Assembly (NCBI GenBank): GCA_964448355.1
Contig: CAYUWC010000002.1
Span: 1,995-65,994 of the forward strand
Length of the DNA stretch: 64,000 nucleotides
Reading direction: 5' to 3'
DNA from: an uncultured Oscillospiraceae bacterium
GTDB lineage: Bacteria; Bacillota; Clostridia; Oscillospirales; UBA644
In this document: positions 28,712 through 35,268 of the stretch, piece after piece
Numbering within the stretch: position 1 is the stretch's first letter
Layout: every line of letters begins with the position of its first letter
Notes under the pieces: model-generated
The model's database searches: none
The model's input: only the letters and a program-made list of their open reading frames with translations
What the model was told of the DNA's origin: nothing
Program-made: the position numbers and the translations under genes

Positions 28712-30213
28712 CGAAAAAAAGGATCATCGGTATCGTTATCGCAATTGCGATCATCGGTCTGCTTATCGGCGCTGTGTTTTTCATGTTAACGTTCGACACT
28801 CTTCCCGAAGAAGAGGAGCCGTCCTCGGACCTGTCGATAGAATATGCGCGTCAAAGCTTGGTGCTGTACTCCTGCGTTATCGAAGATTTAAAGGCTATAC
28901 ACGTTAAAAATCCGACCGGCGAATATACCGTCAGCAAAGATGAAGACGGAAACATCAACTTCCTCGGCAGAGAGGGTGCACCGCTGTTGCCGTATTCGTC
29001 GGAGGGCCTTTATTCAAGCGTTGCGAAAGTAACGTGTGAAGCGTTGATCGAAGCGGAGACCGAGCATCTTGAGTATTATGGGCTTGACGAGCCGCAGGTC
29101 GTTATACAAATAGAGATGAAAGACGGAACCGTTACGGAGCTGCAGATAGGCGACGCCGCACCTAAGGGCGGCGGCTATTATATAAGAAACGCTTCCAACA
29201 CGGACGTATTTCTTGCGCAGACGTATTTCTCGGAACGTTTTCTGAAGAATCACGTACAGTATTATCAAACATCCATAAGCAAAGAGTTTGATTATACGGG
29301 ATTTGAATCCCTTTCGATCGAATATTCCGAAGCTTCCGGAAAAGACGATATATATATAAGGAAGACAACCGACGAAGAAGCGACCGATCTGAACTATTCC
29401 GGCGGTATGGTAATGGAAAAACCGTTCCATTGGGGCGGAGATTCAACGCCGATACAGGGTATCGTCGAGATCCTCGCAAGTCTTGAAGCGGACGATATAA
29501 TTACCGACACGCTCGACGAAGAGCTCCAAGCGCAGTACGGTTTTGACGATCCGACAAGAGTTGTTATAGAAGCGTGGGTAGACACGCAAAACTACGTAAG
29601 TCAGCTGACAAGTCTCGAAAACCCGTACTACGGTGCAACGGAGGACGGCTCTGATTTGTTGATACAAAGCGAATATCTTCTCGGTAACATAGACGGAAGA
29701 ACGCTTTATGTTATGTACGACGGCGAGCCTGTTATATACGGCGTTGATATCGACAATTTCGCGTTTGTCGATTACGGTGTCGATACGTACTGTCAAAGAA
29801 TAATCAATCTGAGAAACATCAATGATCTGAACGGTATTATTGTTGAACTTAACGGCGAAACATATTCGTTCTCGATCGAAAATCCCGATGCGGGCGACGA
29901 TATGGTCGTTATGTGGGACGGAACGACGAAGATCGATCCGGATCTGTTCAGAAGTTTCTACGTTTCCATTATCAGTGTTACGCACGACGGGCTTGCGTAC
30001 GAACCGGAGGAGGGGCTTGAACCCGATCTGAAAATAACGTACAAGGCTATCGACGGAACGGATACGGTGCTTGAATTTATACCGATAGAATCGAGAAAAA
30101 GTGTCCTTAAAGTTAACGGCGAGGGTAGATTCTTCGTGTATGTAAATAAAGAAAACAAAATAAAAAATGATCTGACAAAGCTTATAAACGGCGAAGAGAT
30201 CAAAAACTACTGA
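28708..30213 (+). CDS. DUF4340-like single-pass membrane protein associated with GldG-type ABC systems
   Basis: 501 aa with an N-terminal TM and a large extracytoplasmic region. The call rests on the recurrent four-gene neighbourhood and has not been verified by HMM. Confidence 0.5.
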   Translation: MTKKRIIGIVIAIAIIGLLIGAVFFMLTFDTLPEEEEPSSDLSIEYARQSLVLYSCVIEDLKAIHVKNPTGEYTVSKDEDGNINFLGREGAPLLPYSSEGLYSSVAKVTCEALIEAETEHLEYYGLDEPQVVIQIEMKDGTVTELQIGDAAPKGGGYYIRNASNTDVFLAQTYFSERFLKNHVQYYQTSISKEFDYTGFESLSIEYSEASGKDDIYIRKTTDEEATDLNYSGGMVMEKPFHWGGDSTPIQGIVEILASLEADDIITDTLDEELQAQYGFDDPTRVVIEAWVDTQNYVSQLTSLENPYYGATEDGSDLLIQSEYLLGNIDGRTLYVMYDGEPVIYGVDIDNFAFVDYGVDTYCQRIINLRNINDLNGIIVELNGETYSFSIENPDAGDDMVVMWDGTTKIDPDLFRSFYVSIISVTHDGLAYEPEEGLEPDLKITYKAIDGTDTVLEFIPIESRKSVLKVNGEGRFFVYVNKENKIKNDLTKLINGEEIKNY

Positions 30214-30241
30214 TTTTAAATCCAAAAAAAGGGGCGAAAAA

Positions 30242-31999
30242 ATGAAAATCGAGAATATTGACGAAATGAAGGTTTTTTGGCATACCTCATCTCACATTCT
30301 TGCACAGGCAGTCAAACGTCTGTATCCGAATGTTAAACTCACGATCGGTCCGGCGATAGAAAACGGTTTCTATTACGATTTTGACAGCGATGTTTCGTTC
30401 ACTCCGGAGATCCTCATAAAGATCGAAGCGGAGATGAAAAAGATCGTTAAAGAAAATCTCAAGGTCGAACGCTTTGTTCTTCCGCGTGAAGAAGCTCTCG
30501 AACTTATGAAGGACGAACCGTATAAGATCGAGCTTATCAACGAGCTTCCCGAAGACGAAGAAATAAGCTTTTACAAGCAGGGTGAATTTGTCGATCTTTG
30601 CGCAGGCCCGCACTTGCCGTACGCAAGTAAGGTTAAGGCTTTTAAGTTAACAAGCTGCACCGGTGCGTACTGGAGAGGCGATTCCAACAAGAAAATGCTT
30701 CAAAGAATATACGGAATATCTTTCCCCAACGCAACGCTGCTCGACCAGTATCTTACAGACGTTGAAGAGGCTAAAAAGAGGGATCATAACAAGCTCGGCA
30801 GAGAGCTTGAGCTGTTCACGACGTGCGATCTTATCGGTCAAGGTCTTCCCATACTTTTGCCCAAAGGCGCAAGGATAATCCAAACGCTTCAGCGTTTTGT
30901 CGAAGACGAAGAGCAAAAACGCGGTTGGCTTTTAACAAAGACCCCCTACATGGCAAAAAGCGATCTTTACAAGCTTTCCGGCCACTGGGATCATTATCAG
31001 GACGGTATGTTTGTTCTCGGCGACGAAACAAAGGACGACGAAGTCTTTGCTCTCCGCCCGATGACCTGCCCGTTCCAATATCAGGCATATCTTAACAGAG
31101 CGCGTTCTTACCGCGATCTTCCGCTTCGTTATAACGAGACTTCCACGTTGTTTAGAAACGAAGCGTCAGGCGAAATGCACGGCCTTATAAGAGTTCGTCA
31201 GTTCACCATTTCCGAAGGTCATCTGATGTGCTTGCCCGAACAGTTGGAAGAGGAGTTTAAAAACTGTCTCGAACTCGCCATTTATATGTTAAAAACACTC
31301 GGTCTTTACGAAGATGTTTCATATCGTTTCTCGCAGTGGGATCCCAACGACAGAGAAAAATACATCGGCACGCCCGAACAGTGGGACGAAGCTCAAAGTG
31401 TTATGCAAAAGATCCTCGATCATCTCGAGATTCCGTACAAGATCGGCATAGGCGAAGCTGCATTCTACGGACCCAAGCTCGATATCCAGATCAGAAACGT
31501 TTTCGGCAAGGAAGATACGCTGATCACTATCCAGATCGACCAAATGCTCGCCGAAAAATTCGGTATGGAATATGTCGATCGTGACGGAACGAAGAAAAAT
31601 CCGTACATCATTCACAGAACTTCTATCGGCTGCTATGAAAGAACGCTCGCTCTCCTTATCGAGAAGTATGCCGGCGCGTTCCCGACTTGGCTCGCGCCCG
31701 TTCAGGTCAAGATCCTCCCGATCGCCGACAGACATCAACCGTATACGTTTGAACTCAAAAAAGAACTCGAAAAATACGGCTTGCGCGTCGAAGTTGACGA
31801 CAGAAGCGAAAAGATAGGCTACAAGATCCGTGAAGCTCAAATGGAAAAAGTTCCTTTCATGCTCGTCGCAGGCGACAAAGAGCAGGAAGAAGGCACAGTC
31901 TCCGTCAGAGCAAGAAAAGAGGGCGACAAAGGCTCCATGCCCGTGTCCGACTTCATCGCACTTATCAAAGAGCATATCGACAATAAGATGATAGACTGA
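30242..31999 (+). CDS. thrS: threonine--tRNA ligase (short form starting in the editing domain)
   Basis: 585 aa. FWHTSSHILAQA marks the editing domain, RPMTCPFQ, FRNEASGEMHGLIRVRQF and the class II core are present, and an anticodon-binding C-terminus follows. No TGS-domain-length N-terminus is present. Confidence 0.93.
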   Translation: MKIENIDEMKVFWHTSSHILAQAVKRLYPNVKLTIGPAIENGFYYDFDSDVSFTPEILIKIEAEMKKIVKENLKVERFVLPREEALELMKDEPYKIELINELPEDEEISFYKQGEFVDLCAGPHLPYASKVKAFKLTSCTGAYWRGDSNKKMLQRIYGISFPNATLLDQYLTDVEEAKKRDHNKLGRELELFTTCDLIGQGLPILLPKGARIIQTLQRFVEDEEQKRGWLLTKTPYMAKSDLYKLSGHWDHYQDGMFVLGDETKDDEVFALRPMTCPFQYQAYLNRARSYRDLPLRYNETSTLFRNEASGEMHGLIRVRQFTISEGHLMCLPEQLEEEFKNCLELAIYMLKTLGLYEDVSYRFSQWDPNDREKYIGTPEQWDEAQSVMQKILDHLEIPYKIGIGEAAFYGPKLDIQIRNVFGKEDTLITIQIDQMLAEKFGMEYVDRDGTKKNPYIIHRTSIGCYERTLALLIEKYAGAFPTWLAPVQVKILPIADRHQPYTFELKKELEKYGLRVEVDDRSEKIGYKIREAQMEKVPFMLVAGDKEQEEGTVSVRARKEGDKGSMPVSDFIALIKEHIDNKMID

Positions 32000-32026
32000 T
32001 AAAATTCATTTTTTTGTTTAACAAAG

Positions 32027-32097
32027 ATCCACAGTACGCAAAGTATACCCCAAAGGCAAACACTTTCGGGAGTATACAACGGCTGTGGATTTTTTTT
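32027..32097 (+). terminator. rho-independent terminator after thrS
   Basis: ATCCACAG (32027-32034) pairs with CTGTGGAT (32083-32090), with further inner pairing (gtatacccc/gggagtatac). Seven T residues follow. Confidence 0.7.
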
Positions 32098-32201
32098 GTC
32101 TTTGTTTTTACAACCGAAAATATCAATGTAATTTAACACCATTTCGTCAAATCTACCAATAACTCGTATTTTAAAAACAGCATTTTTGTTAAACTTGAGT
32201 A

Positions 32202-32230
32202 TTGACTTTTTTTTCACGACATGATATAAT
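32202..32230 (+). promoter_or_regulatory. near-consensus sigma-A promoter of the small-protein/permease cassette
   Basis: TTGACT (32202-32207), then 17 nt, then TATAAT (32225-32230). AAGGAGG lies 8 nt before the S1 ATG. Confidence 0.65.
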
Positions 32231-32260
32231 TAAAATATCAAACATAAGGAGGCATTTTTC

Positions 32261-32629
32261 ATGAAGAAAAATATAATTTTTACAGTGGTCCTTTTGACAT
32301 TGGTCATCTCTGTTTTTGCCGTAACATCGGTTCAGGTGTTGGGCTTAACAGATGCGCTCACCATAACCGTGTATACCAATTCGGGATATATTGCAGATGA
32401 TCCGGATGAAATACCGCTATACTTTGCCGAGACGGAAACATCCGGAGCAATGCCCCCGACAACGCACTATGCATATGCATACATATATAAAGACGGTGTA
32501 CAAGTCGGCTATGATCAAGGGCGTTTAAACGCCACATCTTCGCATGCATATGCGACATATCAACCGGCAATGCCGAATGAGAATTTCACTACAGACCATG
32601 GATATATAGTTTTTAATGAATTACAGTGA
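32261..32629 (+). CDS. small secreted protein S1 (unassigned family; paralog of S2 and S3)
   Basis: 122 aa. It has a Sec-type signal peptide (MKKNIIFTVVLLTLVISVFAVTSVQ), a strong RBS, and shares the C-terminal motif AYATYQPAMPNENFTTDHGY with S2 and S3. Confidence 0.8.
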   Translation: MKKNIIFTVVLLTLVISVFAVTSVQVLGLTDALTITVYTNSGYIADDPDEIPLYFAETETSGAMPPTTHYAYAYIYKDGVQVGYDQGRLNATSSHAYATYQPAMPNENFTTDHGYIVFNELQ

Positions 32630-32639
32630 TTGAAAAATC

Positions 32640-32690
32640 GGAGATAAAGAAGGCAAACCCGTTCGCCTTCTTTATCTCCTGCGTTTTTTT
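32640..32690 (+). terminator. intercistronic rho-independent terminator/attenuator between S1 and P1
   Basis: A perfect 15-bp stem, GGAGATAAAGAAGGC (32640-32654) with GCCTTCTTTATCTCC (32665-32679), has a 10-nt loop and is followed by tgcgTTTTTTT. Confidence 0.75.
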
Positions 32691-32705
32691 AGGGAGAATT
32701 TGCGT

Positions 32706-34229
32706 ATGATCTTTACGGTTTATTTGAGGGAAGCATGGAAAAATATAACGAAAAAACCGTTGCTTTCAACTCTTACAATTTTATTTTTAACGTTTACCGT
32801 CCTTTTTTTCTGTGTTTTTGTTAGAATTTCGGATATAAAAACCATAACGACCGACAATTTCCAAAAATCGGAAGCATATATTCAATATAAGCAATATAAT
32901 CTGACTACCACTATAAAAGGCAATACTATCGGATCGCTTAATGCAACCGATCCCTTTACATATATGTACCCTCCCGATGAAGATGAAGTAGAACTCAGAG
33001 CTAATACTCTTGCATACTTTGATGAATTCAGCGATTTTTTTGACACTCTTTTCACTTTGGATTCCGAAGATATAAAAGTTGTTTACATGGGTTGGGGACA
33101 AACAACACTTATCGAAAACTACAAAGGCGCAAAGGATTTGGAAGAATCCTACAACAAAAAATATCGAAGAGAAGAGATTTCCGATTATAAAAAACAAGGT
33201 ATAGACACCACATTTCTCGAAACTGGCGCTTATGTACACACGATATACGTGGGCAAAAGCTTTTTTGAATATGAAAAGCTTAATTTTGCACAAGGCGGAG
33301 TGCCGACGGAAGAAGATCTCGAATATAAGTTTATTGCGGACGAAGAGACCCCCGTATTGGAAATCCCGGTAATTGTCGGTTCCGCATTTGGCGAAGATTA
33401 TGAAGTCGGTGATATTTTAAGCCCTGTAAATGATCCGTATATGGGTCCCCTTGAATCGCAGTGGAAATATTTTCCTGTAAATTATCGTCAAGAATATTGT
33501 GCCCGATATAGGATAGTCGGTATTTTAAGTGCGGACAACGCCATAAGTAACAGCCTCGGCTCAACTATTTCCGACTTTTCGAAATACATAATTGCTCCTT
33601 ACCATTTTTTAACTGACCCTGCATTTACCGAAAAATATACGGATAATCAAAAGATAGTTCTGTTAGACGACCTGATCAAAGATATAACAAAAGTAAAACT
33701 TTATATAAACAGAGAAAAAGAAGCTGAATGCGTTTCGATTTTATGGGATATGATCGATAATTCTTCTCTTAAAGATTATCTGAAGCCGCACACGTTTGAC
33801 GTTCTTAACGAGATATCGATAACAATCGCGAACGCAAGGGATACTTCTTACAAAGTGCTCGCAATAGCTATCGCGGTATTCTGTTCTATCGGTGTTTTTA
33901 TAATGATATTAAACAATCAAAAAGACAACATCCGAGATTACAGTGTACATATGATATCGGGCGCAAGCAAGGCGGATATACTTTTGACAGGTGTTGTTGA
34001 AACATTGATATATGTGCTGATCGCAGATATATTGATGCAATATCCGAGGATATACATGATGTTCGGCTGGCAACAGAATTCTCCGCTCGGAACATGGATG
34101 GGAATGTGGAGCGGAATGATCCCTATCGTTATAATAGAAAATCTTGTTATTATCCTCATTGCGTTTATTTGTAACTACATTTCGGTTTCGAAGATCAGTT
34201 TTTCCGAAGTTCTGAAAAGAAAGGATTAA
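32706..34229 (+). CDS. FtsX/MacB-type permease P1 (four TM helices, large extracytoplasmic domain); no cognate ATPase adjacent
   Basis: It has an N-terminal LREAWKNITKKPLLSTLTILFLTF TM and a ~340-aa extracytoplasmic region. The C-terminal three-TM block carries HMISGASKADIL, an FtsX-domain-like helix. GGGAG lies 9 nt upstream of the ATG at 32706; the track ORF starts at the TTG at 32700. Confidence 0.75.
   Translation: MIFTVYLREAWKNITKKPLLSTLTILFLTFTVLFFCVFVRISDIKTITTDNFQKSEAYIQYKQYNLTTTIKGNTIGSLNATDPFTYMYPPDEDEVELRANTLAYFDEFSDFFDTLFTLDSEDIKVVYMGWGQTTLIENYKGAKDLEESYNKKYRREEISDYKKQGIDTTFLETGAYVHTIYVGKSFFEYEKLNFAQGGVPTEEDLEYKFIADEETPVLEIPVIVGSAFGEDYEVGDILSPVNDPYMGPLESQWKYFPVNYRQEYCARYRIVGILSADNAISNSLGSTISDFSKYIIAPYHFLTDPAFTEKYTDNQKIVLLDDLIKDITKVKLYINREKEAECVSILWDMIDNSSLKDYLKPHTFDVLNEISITIANARDTSYKVLAIAIAVFCSIGVFIMILNNQKDNIRDYSVHMISGASKADILLTGVVETLIYVLIADILMQYPRIYMMFGWQQNSPLGTWMGMWSGMIPIVIIENLVIILIAFICNYISVSKISFSEVLKRKD
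32728..32818. repeat. 91-bp tract identical to 35291-35381 (5' ends of P1 and P2)
   Basis: Base-by-base comparison by eye found no differences. The offset is 2,563 bp. Confidence 0.85.
33726..34120. repeat. 395-bp tract identical to 36289-36683 (TM2-TM4 region of P1 and P2)
   Basis: Base-by-base comparison by eye found no differences. The track's spurious antisense ORFs 33898-34095 and 36461-36658 have identical translations. The offset is 2,563 bp. Confidence 0.9.
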
Positions 34230-34459
34230 AAGATGAAAGCCCTTTTGTGATTGTCTCCCCCCGAACGTTCATACCTATACCCGCTCTTGTTTTCGTCAAT
34301 TCGACCGATATATAAACAAAAATCGGCGGTTTTGCTGAACATTGGCAGAAGAACTCGTCTAGTTATAACGAAATCGCAAACCAATTTATTCTTTTTCAAG
34401 TAGATTCAACAATCATATCATCACATAATTTCCAATCCAAAAGGAGGTGAAAAATCACA

Positions 34460-34795
34460 ATGAAAAGAAAGATTTACGCATTTGCACTTTTAGCAATCGT
34501 TATCTCCGTCGCAGTAGCTTTTTCTGTTCAATCTTTTGCAGATCTTGCACACCGGGTTATACTTGAGACTTACAATGGATATATTTACACAAGTATACCG
34601 AAATATTACGCAGAAACAAAATCAAATTCATACGGGAACATTGAACACAGAGCTGTTGCAAAGATTTTTTTGGATGATGTACTCGTTGCAACAGATATCG
34701 GAGAAAAAGATTACACATCCTACGCATATGCAACATACCAACCGGCAATGCCCAATGATAATTTTACTACATGGCATAGTTATATTTTAGGATAA
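34460..34795 (+). CDS. small secreted protein S2 (paralog of S1 and S3)
   Basis: 111 aa. It has the signal peptide MKRKIYAFALLAIVISVAVAFSVQSFA, the RBS AAAGGAGGTG, and the motif AYATYQPAMPNDNFTTWHSY. Confidence 0.8.
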   Translation: MKRKIYAFALLAIVISVAVAFSVQSFADLAHRVILETYNGYIYTSIPKYYAETKSNSYGNIEHRAVAKIFLDDVLVATDIGEKDYTSYAYATYQPAMPNDNFTTWHSYILG

Positions 34796-34812
34796 AAAGG
34801 AGAAGATGATTC

Positions 34813-35172
34813 ATGAAAAAAAATATTATTTTTTCAGTATTTCTTTTAACTCTAATCATTTCGATCTTTTCTTGCACTGCGATACAAATGATCGGATGGG
34901 ATGATGATGAACGGATAGTTGTAACTTCAGATTACGGATATCTACCGACAGATATACCATCATATTTCGCCCGAACAACAACAGCCTCAGCTCCTCCCAT
35001 CAAACATTACGCTATTGCGGTTATTTACAAAGGTGACATAACAGAAGTAGTTGCGTCAAATTATGGTCGAACAGGAACTGCTTCTAGTGCATACGCATCA
35101 TGGCAACCGGCAATGCCCGGAGAAGGTTATTTTACCGAACATGGATATAGAATAACCGAAATTCTCGACTAA
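34813..35172 (+). CDS. small secreted protein (possible lipoprotein) S3 (paralog of S1 and S2)
   Basis: 119 aa. Its signal peptide MKKNIIFSVFLLTLIISIFSC is nearly identical to that of S1 but ends in a Cys. The motif is AYASWQPAMPGEGYFTEHGY, and the gene is 17 nt downstream of S2. Confidence 0.8.
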   Translation: MKKNIIFSVFLLTLIISIFSCTAIQMIGWDDDERIVVTSDYGYLPTDIPSYFARTTTASAPPIKHYAIAVIYKGDITEVVASNYGRTGTASSAYASWQPAMPGEGYFTEHGYRITEILD

Positions 35173-35183
35173 GTAAAAGTAAA

Positions 35184-35219
35184 CATAAAGAAGAAGACAA
35201 TCCTGTCTTCTTCTTTATG
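35184..35219 (+). promoter_or_regulatory. intercistronic perfect 16-bp stem-loop between S3 and P2 (no U-tract)
   Basis: CATAAAGAAGAAGACA (35184-35199), loop ATCC, then TGTCTTCTTCTTTATG (35204-35219). It shares the ATAAAGAAG core with the S1-P1 terminator. Confidence 0.6.
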
Positions 35220-35268
35220 GAGAATAACGTTCCGATGCTTTATAATTTAACAGAAGGAGATGTTCCAT

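Noticed and set aside
34290-34312. Short similarity between the region upstream of S2 (tttcgtcaattcgaccgata) and the region upstream of S1 (tttcgtcaaatctaccaata, ~32141-32160), hinting that promoter regions were duplicated too.
   Set aside because: Only ~17 of 20 positions match and the similarity decays immediately. That is too short to separate from chance without an alignment statistic. I found no convincing -35/-10 pair upstream of S2.
32261-35172. S1-S3 as members of the lactococcin 972 family or as YxeA-like (DUF1093) small proteins.
   Set aside because: From memory of those families' sequences, I see no shared motif and the lengths differ. Only the locus architecture is analogous, so I claim no family membership.
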